Source of the DNA: Salinispira sp.
Lineage (GTDB): Bacteria; Spirochaetota; Spirochaetia; DSM-27196; Salinispiraceae
NCBI GenBank assembly: GCA_965226555.1
Contig: CBDDDG010000016.1
Coordinates: forward strand, 1 to 64,000
Direction of reading: 5' to 3'
DNA: 64,000 nucleotides
Below are positions 48,625 to 60,300 of the stretch, piece by piece; position 1 is the first letter of the stretch, and each line of letters starts with the position of its first letter. Under the pieces are notes generated by a model. It searched no databases. It was not told where the DNA came from and saw only the letters and a list, made by a program, of their open reading frames with translations. A program made the position numbers and the translations under genes.

Positions 48625-49113
48625 TTAGTGCTGTACTCCGAGGGGAAAGGAGCCGCTGATAAATTGGTAGGTACGCTCTCCCGATTTCTGTTGAAATGTG
48701 AGCTGAATACCGGGCGGATACGAGAGACCATTATATTCCAGTTCTTCAATATCATATGGTATGGAGATCGGATATTGAAGAACAGCATCCGGAAGAACAA
48801 TCCGTATAGTATCGGAAGCAAAGACAATTTCACTCTCCCCCGCTGTTACAACTGAGGCATTGAGGTATTTTTCAAGACTAAAATCTGCCTGTTTCCTCCA
48901 ATATGCTGTTTCCAGATTTTCAAAAATATCCGAAATTGCCCGAACAATACCGAGTAAGGACTCATTTTCAATAACTGCACGCTGCTTTTCGACCATGGTT
49001 TTTTGCAGTGAGAGCAGAAGGAGGAAAATTGATGAACTGAGAATGAGAATAATTACCAGTCCGATAATTGAATCGGCATAGCTGTATCCGCTCCAGCGAT
49101 TATTCTGATGCAT
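48625..49113 (-). CDS. Minor pseudopilin-like protein
   Basis: SG|YSYAD followed by a hydrophobic helix; T2SS operon context. Confidence 0.55.
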   Translation of the reverse strand: MHQNNRWSGYSYADSIIGLVIILILSSSIFLLLLSLQKTMVEKQRAVIENESLLGIVRAISDIFENLETAYWRKQADFSLEKYLNASVVTAGESEIVFASDTIRIVLPDAVLQYPISIPYDIEELEYNGLSYPPGIQLTFQQKSGERTYQFISGSFPLGVQH

Positions 49114-49321
49114 GGTATGTACTTCCATCCGGCAGCAAAAGCTGTGTTCCAATAAGGCGGGACTGCTGTCGGAGAAGTTCCTCATGGTGTTCCACAGATC
49201 TGTGAAGATTACGGACTGATGCCGTCAGGGCAAGAACTCCGGTAAGCATAATAACGATTGCTGCCACAGCATCAAGGATAATTGATCCGGAATTCTGCTT
49301 CATCTTCAGGGATCGCTTCAT
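49100..49321 (-). CDS. Small minor pseudopilin-like protein
   Basis: SG|SIILDA followed by a hydrophobic helix; follows gspG. Confidence 0.55.
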   Translation of the reverse strand: MKRSLKMKQNSGSIILDAVAAIVIMLTGVLALTASVRNLHRSVEHHEELLRQQSRLIGTQLLLPDGSTYHASE

Positions 49322-49334
49322 CGAATGCCGTCTG

Positions 49335-49775
49335 TTATTCCCAGGAATTGATATCTTTCTCATTACCCTCACCCCCCGGCAATCCATCGATTCCATATGA
49401 GGTAATAGTGAACGGCAGGTTGTTTATTCCCGGAATCTGGTACTGATACTCACTACCCCAGGGATCACGTTCGGGCGATTTGTCAATATAGGGACCCATC
49501 CAATTCTCAGGCATGGGATCAAGGATGGGTTTTTCCCATAATGCCCCCAAGCCCTGTTCCACGCTGGGATATCGCTGATTATCTATGTAATATGCGTTCA
49601 GGGCCATTGAATAACTTTCGATCTGACTCTGCGCTGCCACCGATTTTGCCTGATCAATATAGCGGAAGGCAATAAATCCGACCAATCCGGTGAGCACCAT
49701 CACTATCGCGATAACAACCAAGGTTTCAACAAAGGTCCAGCCTCCCCATAACCTGATATGATCATTTTTTCTCAC
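49335..49775 (-). CDS. gspG: T2SS major pseudopilin
   Basis: G|WTFVETLVV, YPSVEQGL.AL, W.GPY, DPWG..Y.Y, SYG.DG..GG. Confidence 0.92.
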   Translation of the reverse strand: MRKNDHIRLWGGWTFVETLVVIAIVMVLTGLVGFIAFRYIDQAKSVAAQSQIESYSMALNAYYIDNQRYPSVEQGLGALWEKPILDPMPENWMGPYIDKSPERDPWGSEYQYQIPGINNLPFTITSYGIDGLPGGEGNEKDINSWE

Positions 49776-50452
49776 TGCCGATCCTCCTTTTCAGCGATCT
49801 CCGCGATATCCATGAATTCCCGAATAAATTCACGGTGCGCGGGATGAGGCGGATATTTCCGGACGAGATCAGTTATTCGAATTTGAAAGCCTGGTTCCGC
49901 GTCATAGATATCTTTCAGAAGGGCGTACATTTCCCGATTTCTGTTTCCTGAAAAAATGAGTCCTTCAATGTTCAGAAAACTTTTCCGGAAGGATTGCGCT
50001 TTGTAGTAGAGAATTGCCTGAAGAAAGAGAAGAGGTTTATTGTTCTCTTCAATACTGAGCCCCAGATCAATAAGCTCGCCGGCTTCGGAATAGGCCTCCT
50101 GATTGATCAGGATATTTGCTTCTGCGAGACAGTCGAATGCAGAACGTATTTTGACATAGAGAATTTCCGTCCGACTCTGAAAATCGACAGAAATATTAAT
50201 TTCTTCATACCCCTCCCTGATAAAGCGCAGATCATGCTCCCCTTTCCTCATCTGGTTCAGATAAAATCTGCCATTAATGTCACTCTCTCCCAGAATTATG
50301 ATACCCTCCATAATCTGAACCGACTTAACCGGACGGTTTTGATAATCATAGATCATTCCGTACAGCGGAGCTTCATCGAATTGCAGAGGGTTCTCAAGAG
50401 TGGAACATGATATTACGAGAAGCGCGATAAGCATGGTAAATATCAACTTCAT
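49772..50452 (-). CDS. Lipoprotein with carboxypeptidase-regulatory-like and TPR-like domains
   Basis: VISC lipobox; LYGMIYD, SDINGRF, GYE. Confidence 0.65.
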   Translation of the reverse strand: MKLIFTMLIALLVISCSTLENPLQFDEAPLYGMIYDYQNRPVKSVQIMEGIIILGESDINGRFYLNQMRKGEHDLRFIREGYEEINISVDFQSRTEILYVKIRSAFDCLAEANILINQEAYSEAGELIDLGLSIEENNKPLLFLQAILYYKAQSFRKSFLNIEGLIFSGNRNREMYALLKDIYDAEPGFQIRITDLVRKYPPHPAHREFIREFMDIAEIAEKEDRQ

Positions 50453-50455
50453 ATT

Positions 50456-51415
50456 TCAATTCCTCCTTTCCACATAGTATATATCTCCTCCTTTTTTCAT
50501 GGATATTACTGATTGATCCACAGCGAACAATTCCCAATCTCGCCATGAATCGCCAATTCCTAAAATAAAAACCGCGGAACTTGGCAGATATTTCAGGCTG
50601 ATTTGATACTGCCCCCCGTAGTTCAGTTCACCAAGATACTGCCACTCGCTATCCCGAGCCGGGGCAGGAGAGCTATCCCCTCTTTTCCTTTCGGCAGCCG
50701 ATGCAGGACGACCCGGAATGTAAAAACTCATGAAGTCCCGTTCGCTGAAATCGGCATTGGCTGTTTCCTGATGATCCCTTGTTTCCTGATGATCCGTCTG
50801 AACAGCTTTATCATCATCGCTGCGGATAGATGCGTAGTATTGATACTGCAGATCTTCGTTGGTGAAGCTGAGTTCATGGAATGAAATAAGCAGTTCGCAT
50901 TGTATCGGGTACCTGTTTTCGGAAGAGAGAACACGGTAATTCAGGCGCTCTATATGCATCCATGGATATTTCTGCTCAAGAACCCTGAGTACATTGAGAA
51001 ACTCGGAAAGCTGACTCCGAAACTGAATCTGCGTACTGTCGGATTTACGGATTGTCATGAAATTATTATGCAGAATTTGACTGTATTCGTTCGTTGAGGG
51101 CCGAAAACTGATGATCGCAAGATTCCATAAGCTGAATATGCGCTCCAATTCCCGTGAAAACCCCTGCGCGCTCATACTGTTTTCCATGATGAATTTTTCT
51201 GAGAGACCTTCGCGTATGTAATCGTCTGTTGATATGCGCTCCTGCGAATTTTGCAGTAATTGCCTGAGATCATCGGATTGCGCGCGTATCCGCTCAAGCC
51301 GCAGAGCATAGCGATGAATGTCCTGTATAAAAACCACGAGCAGGGCGGTAAAGATTGACAGGAGGAGGATAATGATAAAAATACGCAGGATGGATGGACG
51401 AATACCGTATTTCAT
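50456..51415 (-). CDS. T2SS-associated membrane protein (GspM/PilO-like position)
   Basis: N-terminal TM and coiled coil; operon position. Confidence 0.5.
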   Translation of the reverse strand: MKYGIRPSILRIFIIILLLSIFTALLVVFIQDIHRYALRLERIRAQSDDLRQLLQNSQERISTDDYIREGLSEKFIMENSMSAQGFSRELERIFSLWNLAIISFRPSTNEYSQILHNNFMTIRKSDSTQIQFRSQLSEFLNVLRVLEQKYPWMHIERLNYRVLSSENRYPIQCELLISFHELSFTNEDLQYQYYASIRSDDDKAVQTDHQETRDHQETANADFSERDFMSFYIPGRPASAAERKRGDSSPAPARDSEWQYLGELNYGGQYQISLKYLPSSAVFILGIGDSWRDWELFAVDQSVISMKKGGDIYYVERRN

Positions 51416-52368
51416 CAGCGTTCACCTCTCCTGTTCTCCCTGTCGGTTTGAAGGGTAAGGCTGTATACGGTGCTGCCATCGTTCTGTGTGCGTATTCTTC
51501 CGATAATTACTTCCGAAAACATACCAGATTGTATTAGTCCTTCCTGCAGTTCCAGAGGAGTATTTCCAATAATGCGGACCTGCATACTTTCCAGATTTCC
51601 GGTAATTTCGGTGATCTGAATGTCAGGATACCCCCTGTCAATGATCTCACGAAGGAAGGAATGGAAGTTCATTCCCTGATATTCTGAGAGTATTGAGGTA
51701 ATGTCGCTCATGGAGGTTTCTCCGTTGTTTTCTGTTTGGAGGGAGATTTCTTCCTGATGGGTAAAAAATTCTTCCCGGGCTGCATCCACCGCGGTAATGA
51801 GGTATGAACGGCGGAGGGTAAGGGAAATAAGAACACCTGCAAAAAGGATGAGAAAGAATAAAAATACCGCGCCTGCCGGGAATTGATTCCGTATATGCAG
51901 TGAAAAATTCTTTTCGCTGACCGGATATTTTTCATGGAACCGAAAAATTCCCGATCTATGCATCTCAATTTCTTCCCGGAGATCGGCAATTTCATATTCA
52001 TAGTCGGCTGCCGCAGGTTCGGAAAGCTGTACATATGAATGTCCAATTATATCGTTATCGCGGAAGGTAAAGAGTTCAGTATAGCGCTCAGAATGTATCG
52101 CGTAGCTTCCTTCCCGCATGCCCGATACAATCAGAGCGGCTGCAAGCTGGGGAATACGGACTCCTCTCCTGTGGAATTTTTCAGTCTTCGGCGGGCGATA
52201 TACCGCAGCGCTTCCGGTAAAACGGATAAACTCAAGCTGTGACGGTTCCGGTTCATCGGGATAGAGATGCCCGATATGTTCATATATATATTCATCATCA
52301 ATGTGCGAACGTGGAATTTCAAGCATATGAATCATGGATTTTCGGTCGGACAGTATGTGTATATTCAT
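51415..52368 (-). CDS. T2SS-associated membrane protein (GspL/PilN-like position)
   Basis: Central TM; coupled to gspF. Confidence 0.5.
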   Translation of the reverse strand: MNIHILSDRKSMIHMLEIPRSHIDDEYIYEHIGHLYPDEPEPSQLEFIRFTGSAAVYRPPKTEKFHRRGVRIPQLAAALIVSGMREGSYAIHSERYTELFTFRDNDIIGHSYVQLSEPAAADYEYEIADLREEIEMHRSGIFRFHEKYPVSEKNFSLHIRNQFPAGAVFLFFLILFAGVLISLTLRRSYLITAVDAAREEFFTHQEEISLQTENNGETSMSDITSILSEYQGMNFHSFLREIIDRGYPDIQITEITGNLESMQVRIIGNTPLELQEGLIQSGMFSEVIIGRIRTQNDGSTVYSLTLQTDRENRRGER

Positions 52369-53444
52369 CAGAGTACCTCGGTGAAAAGTGTGAAAAATGG
52401 AACAATATACTGTATTACCAGCATTAGAATAATTGCTCCAACCAACATGGTAAGGGCGGGTTCCAGGAGATTCAGAAGGCGGGTAATTCTGGAATTGGTA
52501 CGCAGCTTCAGATATTCATGGAGCTGCATGACGGCGGTTTCGCTCTCTCCGGTTTCTTCGCCGATCTTCATCCATCGTTTTACTTCGGGAGAGAAGAATT
52601 GTCTGTTCTGTTCAAATACTGATGATGGGGGGACTCCGTTCTGAATGCCTCTGATTGCCGATGCAGTTGCCTTTCTCATACTCAGAGGATCGATAAGAGA
52701 TAGTGATTTTTCCAGCGCCCTGTCTATCGGAATTCCGTTCTGCAGAAACAGATGGAGTGAGAAAAACAAACGGAGTAAATTCTGTTCAATAATCATTGTT
52801 CCCAGCAACGGGGTACGGAGAACAATACTCTCCCAGAAAAGGAGAAGTACCGGCAATCTGCTGCCGCTTCGGGAACGCCGGTATGCTGTGTGAATAATTA
52901 TGAGAGTAATTACGAACAGCAGGAAGGCGATGGAACCGATAAAAAGGACATTGAGCGACTGCTGCAACTGGAAGGCGGCAGTGTTGTTAAAACTGCTGAG
53001 CAGCTGTATCATCCGCGGCATAAAAAGCGTTGAGAAAAGCATGAGCCCGACACTAATCATGCTCAGAATGAAGAGAGGATAGATCATCGCACTGATAACC
53101 TTCTCCCTGACGCTGCGCTGCTGTTTGAGATACTCAAGTATTTTCCTGCTGACTGTTACCAGATCTCCCGTTTCTTCACCAACGGTAATAAAGGCAATGT
53201 ACCAGCGCGGAAATGAGGGAGAACATGAGCTCATGGCATCTGAGAGGTTCATTCCTTTTTCTAGTGACTGGAGCAGTGATCTGCTGAGCGCAATAAGGAT
53301 TTGGTGATGTGTTATGTCTGAATATATCTGAAGCAGACGCGGGAGGCTCAGTCCTGAACGGAGAAGATTATTCAGTGTTTCAGTGAAATCTTCCAGATAC
53401 CGGTTGTGAAGAACTGCCCGGGATGGAGGATATGATGTTCTCAT
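52368..53444 (-). CDS. gspF: T2SS inner-membrane platform protein
   Basis: LRSGL, VGEETGDL, AMIYP, IGEETG, LLEP. Confidence 0.9.
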   Translation of the reverse strand: MRTSYPPSRAVLHNRYLEDFTETLNNLLRSGLSLPRLLQIYSDITHHQILIALSRSLLQSLEKGMNLSDAMSSCSPSFPRWYIAFITVGEETGDLVTVSRKILEYLKQQRSVREKVISAMIYPLFILSMISVGLMLFSTLFMPRMIQLLSSFNNTAAFQLQQSLNVLFIGSIAFLLFVITLIIIHTAYRRSRSGSRLPVLLLFWESIVLRTPLLGTMIIEQNLLRLFFSLHLFLQNGIPIDRALEKSLSLIDPLSMRKATASAIRGIQNGVPPSSVFEQNRQFFSPEVKRWMKIGEETGESETAVMQLHEYLKLRTNSRITRLLNLLEPALTMLVGAIILMLVIQYIVPFFTLFTEVL

Positions 53445-54964
53445 GGCAGATTCCCCCCTAGTGCATCGCTCCGTATCCGGCGAATCTCGCTCATTGTGCT
53501 CACACCCCTCATTACCTGCCGTAAGGCATCACTATGAATGTTTCGGAATGAATGAGAATTGAGATAATTAATGAGGGTATGTTGATCGGCCTGTTTCTCA
53601 ATGAGCAGGGAAAGTTCAGGATCAACATCGATAATTTCTGCGACTACTGTACGCCCCTTGTATCCGGTACCCCTGCAGATATCACAGCCGACACTTTCGA
53701 ATAATGTTATTTTCTCCCTGTCCGCATCAGAACAAAGCTCATTCCATGTGCTGTGAAATTCCGATAATGATTCTGACGATTGTACCGGTCTCCGACAATG
53801 TACACAGAGTTTTCTCACCAGCCGCTGGGCAATAATGGTTTGTAACATTCCCGCAATAAGGTAGGTATCAACTCCGATGTTTACAAGACGTTGTATGCTC
53901 GCAATCGCATTGTTCGTATGCAGTGAACTCAGTACCATGTGACCGGTCATTGCCGCCCGCATCGCAAGCTGCGCAGTTTCCTCATCACGAATTTCTCCGA
54001 CCATAATCACATCGGGATCCTGACGCAGTATGCGCCGAAGAATTTTTGAGAAGCTCAGGCCTATTTCGTCGTGTGTCTGGATTTGATCAACTCCGTCAAT
54101 GTTGAATTCAACCGGATCTTCAATGGAAATAATCTTTTTGCTCCCGTCATTTATCTCAGTGAGCAGAGCATTCAGAGTTGTTGTTTTTCCGCTTCCTGTG
54201 GGGCCGGTTATGAGAATAAAGCCCTGCGGATTATGGATGGTGTTTTTCAGCAGATGTAGTTGAGGGTCTGAAAAACCGATCTCATTGAGAGTCCGCGGGC
54301 TTGAATTCAGGTTTAGAATTCTCAGAACGAGTGATTCTCCGTGAGCCGTAGGAACAGATGAAATGCGCATATCCAGCGAATAGGTAGAAAGGGTAACCGA
54401 AAGACGGCCATCCTGCGGACGGCGCTGCTCCATAATGTTCAGTCCGGCCATAATCTTGATTCTCGCGGTGATGCTTGGATAAAGTCCGTCGGGAATATCC
54501 CGATCCTTCATGAGCACACCGTCAAGTCGGTACCGGACAGATGCATTATTTTTTCCCCGTTCAATGTGAATGTCGCTGGCTTCAGCGTTAATGGCATCGA
54601 GAATAATGCCGTTTACCAAATTGATAATTGGAGCATTGTTCGCCAGCTTATCAACAGCATTTTGCTCGCTGAGCTGAGTTCTTCCCGATTGATCATGAAG
54701 CTCTTCGCGGATTTTTTTATGGATGAAGCGCGCAAGATCAGCATTACTGATCAGCTCGAAGTTCAGAGACAGGTCATCAATTCCCTGAAACTGGAAAAAC
54801 TGCCCTATTTCTTCTCTCAGCGCAATATCACTGTCATTCGTTAATCCGACAATTATCCTTGCGTCAGTTCTGTTGAGAATTAATGCTCCCCGGTGTTCAA
54901 TAAACCCCTCTGGAAACTGCTCCGAGCCATGTGGTATATTTTCAAACGATTCAAGAACTACCAT
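53441..54964 (-). CDS. gspE: T2SS ATPase
   Basis: ASDIHIE, PQDGR, GPTGSGKTTT, LRQDPDVIMVGEIRD, CxxC...CxxC. Confidence 0.93.
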   Translation of the reverse strand: MVVLESFENIPHGSEQFPEGFIEHRGALILNRTDARIIVGLTNDSDIALREEIGQFFQFQGIDDLSLNFELISNADLARFIHKKIREELHDQSGRTQLSEQNAVDKLANNAPIINLVNGIILDAINAEASDIHIERGKNNASVRYRLDGVLMKDRDIPDGLYPSITARIKIMAGLNIMEQRRPQDGRLSVTLSTYSLDMRISSVPTAHGESLVLRILNLNSSPRTLNEIGFSDPQLHLLKNTIHNPQGFILITGPTGSGKTTTLNALLTEINDGSKKIISIEDPVEFNIDGVDQIQTHDEIGLSFSKILRRILRQDPDVIMVGEIRDEETAQLAMRAAMTGHMVLSSLHTNNAIASIQRLVNIGVDTYLIAGMLQTIIAQRLVRKLCVHCRRPVQSSESLSEFHSTWNELCSDADREKITLFESVGCDICRGTGYKGRTVVAEIIDVDPELSLLIEKQADQHTLINYLNSHSFRNIHSDALRQVMRGVSTMSEIRRIRSDALGGNLP

Positions 54965-57156
54965 TATTGCCCCATATGCTCCCGGTAGAGGAGCTTAAAG
55001 AGATCGGATGCCGTAGTTGTTTCACCAAAGGGATATTCAAGATAGGGAATAATATAGACGCGTAGTTCGGTATTCTCCGTATTCTGTCCCTTATTGGAAA
55101 AAAGATTTCCCAGAACGGGTATATCGCTCAATAGCGGCGTACCATCTTTTGAATTTGATGCTTCCTGACTTATCAACCCTCCGATAACAACGGACTCTCC
55201 GGATCGCGTGCGCGCGTGTGTCTTTATGATGCGCTCATTGGTACTGGGTAAATTACTTCCCGCATCGGCGTCGTCAAAATTACGGGAAAACGATGCTGAA
55301 ACATCCATAGTGATCATACCATCGCCGCTGCTCCACCCGGTAATGTTAACATTCAAACCGGAAGATATTTCAAGAGTAGTAACCTGAGATTCTTCAGAAT
55401 TGTCGGATGTTTCTGTACTGCGAAACCTGCTTATGTTGGTATTCTGAAAACTGACTTCCTCACCCGATAATCCGGTAATGCCTGAATCAATAAGAATGCG
55501 GGACTCAGAGCGGGCAAGCGACCAGTTCAGATCAAGCGCAAAACCGTAGCCGAAATTCGACACAATGTCGAAATCGAGAGTAAGGAGTTCCCCGATGGCG
55601 CCGATAAAGCTGCTTCCGGCTGCATTCTCAGATTCCGTTAAGCGGCTGTTTGAAATTTTGGGCGCATAGGTGAATTGTTCCCGATCTTGGAACTGAATAA
55701 CCAGAACCTGATACCGTATCTGCGGAATTGGCGTGTCGATGTGGTCAAGTTCCCGCATGAATAGTTCGTACATGGATTCGCTGCCGGTAAAAAACACAAG
55801 GGTCGGATCCGCTGTCTCAATTATGTTTTCCCTGCTGACCGAGGGCGGAAGATACTGCAGCAGCTGTCCGCTCCTGATGTAGCGGAGCCGGACCGGTCTG
55901 CCGGCTCCATGGGCATTGAGCAGGTTTATGAAAGATTGTATTTCACGGGATTTTTCCTGGTTCGTGAGCATGATGAGGGCATTCTGACCCGGAACAATGA
56001 GCGGCCGGGACGGGCGTAACCGTTCGGGTAGTATGCCGATGACGTCCTGGGGCGCGGAACCGATAAATTCAAAGCGGTAATATTTCTGGTTCGCGAGGGG
56101 CCTGTCCAACTCTTCAATGAAATTGAGAACAGGAACAAGTTCGCCGCTTGTTCCGTTGAGAATCAGCTTGTTTGTTTCATTATCAATTTTATAAGCATTG
56201 TTGGAGATGAGTCCGCCCGGAAAAAGTGACGGAAGGGATTCAGCCCGCAGATATCGAAGAGGGACCTGAACTGTTGCTGAATGACGATTGACAATATCAT
56301 CCTGTCTGAGATCCAGTATGTAGTACAGATTACCCTGTTGACGAACATCCGCCCCCCCGAGTTCAAGAAAGATACTAAGCAGTTCATCGAAGGTTTTATC
56401 GGTATATCGTACTGAATTGATGACAATATCTGTATCTTTCAGCAGAATATATTCTTTTTCGGCCAGATCAAAAAGCTCATCAATGAGATCGATAAACCGC
56501 AGATTCACACCATCAGCCGAATAACGATCATCCTTACGCTGAATACCCGAAGGACGAAATCCTGATCCGAGTCCGTTTTCAGAAATCTTCTGTATGCTGA
56601 AGAAATCGGACTTACTAATCAATTCATAATTCGGAAACTTACTGATAACAATGGTGAGAATTCTCTTCAGGCTAAGCGATGTACTGTGAATACTGATATT
56701 TTGTGACGGGAGTGAACTATGCAGTATGGGCGTACGGGATTCACGGGAAAGAGCATCGAGAAAGCTGCTGGGAGAAACATTTTCCGCATCCACACTATAG
56801 GTATTATCCATTTCACCGGAGACTATTTTTATTTTGCTGATGTATCGTATGCCATCAATTGTGTTGATATAGAAATTGTTTGTCTGAGCAACTATGTTTA
56901 ATGCCTCGTCTACGGTGAGATCACGGAAGTAATGGGTTGTTGTTCCCTTCACTGTGTCATCAAAAATTACAGAGAATCTGCCGAGTTGAGCGAGGGTGAG
57001 AAGTACATCTTGTATATTCTGATTGCGGAACTCAATATCTTCTATGGTGATTTGCTCATTAATTGGTGCGAATACTTCATGGGCGGAAAGTATTACTGGT
57101 TCACAGAATAGTTGAATAAACATTCCCAAAAGAGGAATGTACTGTTTTTTCATCAT
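54964..57156 (-). CDS. gspD: T2SS secretin
   Basis: GESVVIGGL, PLLSDIPVLGNLF, ELRVYIIP. Confidence 0.88.
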   Translation of the reverse strand: MMKKQYIPLLGMFIQLFCEPVILSAHEVFAPINEQITIEDIEFRNQNIQDVLLTLAQLGRFSVIFDDTVKGTTTHYFRDLTVDEALNIVAQTNNFYINTIDGIRYISKIKIVSGEMDNTYSVDAENVSPSSFLDALSRESRTPILHSSLPSQNISIHSTSLSLKRILTIVISKFPNYELISKSDFFSIQKISENGLGSGFRPSGIQRKDDRYSADGVNLRFIDLIDELFDLAEKEYILLKDTDIVINSVRYTDKTFDELLSIFLELGGADVRQQGNLYYILDLRQDDIVNRHSATVQVPLRYLRAESLPSLFPGGLISNNAYKIDNETNKLILNGTSGELVPVLNFIEELDRPLANQKYYRFEFIGSAPQDVIGILPERLRPSRPLIVPGQNALIMLTNQEKSREIQSFINLLNAHGAGRPVRLRYIRSGQLLQYLPPSVSRENIIETADPTLVFFTGSESMYELFMRELDHIDTPIPQIRYQVLVIQFQDREQFTYAPKISNSRLTESENAAGSSFIGAIGELLTLDFDIVSNFGYGFALDLNWSLARSESRILIDSGITGLSGEEVSFQNTNISRFRSTETSDNSEESQVTTLEISSGLNVNITGWSSGDGMITMDVSASFSRNFDDADAGSNLPSTNERIIKTHARTRSGESVVIGGLISQEASNSKDGTPLLSDIPVLGNLFSNKGQNTENTELRVYIIPYLEYPFGETTTASDLFKLLYREHMGQ

Positions 57157-57325
57157 AATTAGTCTCCAAAATTCTATTTTTTATCGACAACACGCAACAT
57201 TTGTATTGTATCGCTATGCTCCCGTATTACTGTAACTGCCGCTTTTATAGTTTTGAATGACATGTTTGCTTTAAATTGCATTTTTTTGTAAAAAAATTTT
57301 TTTTAACAAATTTTCCCTTTCAGTC

Positions 57326-60300
57326 ATGCGCCGTCAACATTACTTCGGTAATGGTAGTATGAGCAGTTTATGTAAACGTGCGGGCGCTCCCGCGCACACA
57401 GGTAAAAACGCAGGCGAGGGCGGCGGAGCAAGGCCCAGCTTCGGCGCTCCCGCGCACAAGGGTAAAACCATTCATGGATTACCCCGCATCGAATTGAAAC
57501 ATTTTGGAGCATGTCTTTGCATGCTCCTCGTATGTATGCCGGTATCAAGTAGAGATATTCCCTATACGATATGGGTAGAACGGGAGTCATTGACTCATCC
57601 CGGATACGGTCCGGATGTTATAGACATTCAGGAAATACCTATCTATGAAGATAAATTAATTGAACATTGGGAGAATTGTGATATCGATCTTCTGGATGAC
57701 GGATTTTCGTATATATATGCGTGTGACCAAGTATGGAAAACGGTTTCCGAACAGGTTGGTACAACCTATACATACAAAAGACGTGTTGTCAATGTGATGA
57801 TTCCTGAAATCATAACACATACCGATGAAACACCTGAAGACATTACTGAAGATGTACCTGGCATTGATGATGTGGATAATCAACAGACAAATGCGGACAA
57901 TTTGTCAGAACTCACGGAATCACTCGATCCGGATCCGATTACTGATAATCTGGATGATACGAAAGATAGAGAACAGGCAGATCGTATCACTGATGAAGAT
58001 GAGGTTTCCAACAGTGTCACCGGCGGCGATCCGGTGCGCCTGACGACAGGTGAGTTTGTGACCAGTGTGAGTGATATGTTCATGATGCTCGGGGTGAATA
58101 GTGTTGATATCTCACGGCATTACGACAAGGGCATAGCCTACGGGCAGACCTTTGGGTCGGCATGGCATTCAGAGATTGACACGAGGATTGTCCGGGGGAT
58201 CAACGATAATGCTCAGTCAGATTTTGATGATTTAGATGATATGTACCGCACTGCGCTTTCTGCATATCAGCAGGCTTATGCAGACTATACGACAAGTCTG
58301 ACAACAATACAGTCTGTTATTGATGCTCTTAATGAAGTTAAAACAGAACTTGCAACCGGAAGGAACACACTTCAGGAGGCGCAAAATAATCTCGGCACTT
58401 CCGATACCGATGCTCATAAAAAATTGCAGGAATATATTGACAGTATCACCCAACGGATTACCTCGATAAATACGTTACTTGCTGAATGGGAAACACAACA
58501 GCATAATGCCATAATGAATGTTCTGCCGCAGATTCAGTCTGCCGAGCGGCACCTTCAGAACATTGAAGCGCAGCGGGATGCGTTTCACAACTATCTTGTT
58601 CACACCCAGCGCAACACTTCCCTGAATGCGGTATCCACACAGGATACAGACTTTGCCCGTTCATTCATCAACGGTGTTGATACCCTCACCCTCATAAGCC
58701 CCCGATTGCAGCAGGTACAGTTCTCCTATGACTCTCAGCCGGATTACTCTGCCGCGATGACCTACCCGGGCACAGACCTCATTAACTACTATCCGGCAGG
58801 ATCAACCTTCACCGCATTATATCCAAACCAGGGAGAACTGAAACTGACACCATACGGAAAATTTATTTACACCGACACCGACCAGAGCCGCTACCGCTAT
58901 AATCACTTCGGACAACTTGAGCAGATACAATACGATGACCTGTCAACCATCACCGTAACCCATGACGCGCAGGGAAACCTCACAGAGCTCACCGACCACT
59001 GGGGGCGCAGCATCAGCGCACAGTACAATACCGCGGGAAATATCATCACCCTCACCGATCCCGCAGGACACGATGTTACCTACCGGTACACGGCAGACGG
59101 ATACCTCCGGCAGGTTACCTATCCGAATGACGATACCATTGCCTACACCTACCGTGACGACAGGCTCACCTCAATCATCAAACCCGATTCCTCCCGCATA
59201 CGGTACACATGGACTGAACTGACCCCCGGGGACTTCAGGGTAACATCGGTAAGCGATGAAGAGAATGCCGAAGAAACCTTCAGCTACAACACCGTCGACA
59301 ATCGGACAACATACACCTCACCCTCGGGCGTCAGCCAGCGGCATTACTCCGATGCCCGCTACCGGGAAACCCGCATTGAGTACGAAGACGGCAGCGCTGA
59401 AACCTTTCTCTACGACAGGAACAACAACCAGATACAGGCAACGAGGCGCAATGGCGCCGTCATCACCCGCGCCTACAACAATAGCGGAAACATCACCGCA
59501 GTTACCGATGAAACCGGAAACACCGAAGCATATCGGTATGACACTGCCAACCGCCTGACATCATTCACCGACAAAAACGGCGATACCACCGGCTACACCT
59601 ACGATACCGCGGGAAACCTCACGAGGATCACCCATCCTGATCTGAATGTCATACAGATACAGTACGGCGATTACGGACTTCCGGTTGTCTATGAGAATGA
59701 GGAAGGAGAACAGACTACCTACACCTACGATTCCTCCGGGCACATCGCCTCGGTAACAGACGGCGAAGGATCAACATGGGCATACACCCATGACATTCTT
59801 GGAAACCTCCTCACAGAAACCGATCCTGCGGGAGCGCTAACAACACATACCTACGACACGAGAAACAGACGAATACGCACAACATATCCTGATGCCAGCG
59901 TAGAGCGCTGGGAGTACAGTAACCGCGGCGATCTCTCATCGTTTACCGATACCGCAGGATATATAACCGCATATACCTACGACAAACGCCACCTGCTCAG
60001 GAGCATCACGAACCCCCTCGGGGAAACAACGCAGTACACCTACCGCCCTGACCGCATGCAGACAGAACAGATAAGCCCGGCAGGATACCGGATGATATAC
60101 ACCTACAACACGGTGGGGCGCCTGAGTGAAATCTCCTATCCTGATGCCGGAGAAGGTATGAGGTACACCTACGATCCTGCGGGAACTGTCAGCAGTATCA
60201 CCGACAGCAGCGGCGCCGCGCATATCTTCAGCTATAATGCCCGCGATGAACTCATTCGGGCGCAGTATCCCGACGGTTCAACTGAGTCATTCACCTATAC

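Noticed and set aside
57383..57469. Two ~27-bp repeats GGCGCTCCCGCGCACA..GGTAAAA.C 60 bp apart, loosely like type I-E CRISPR repeats
   Set aside because: Only two imperfect copies, weak palindrome, no cas genes; the in-frame period fits the window's general GC-rich duplications
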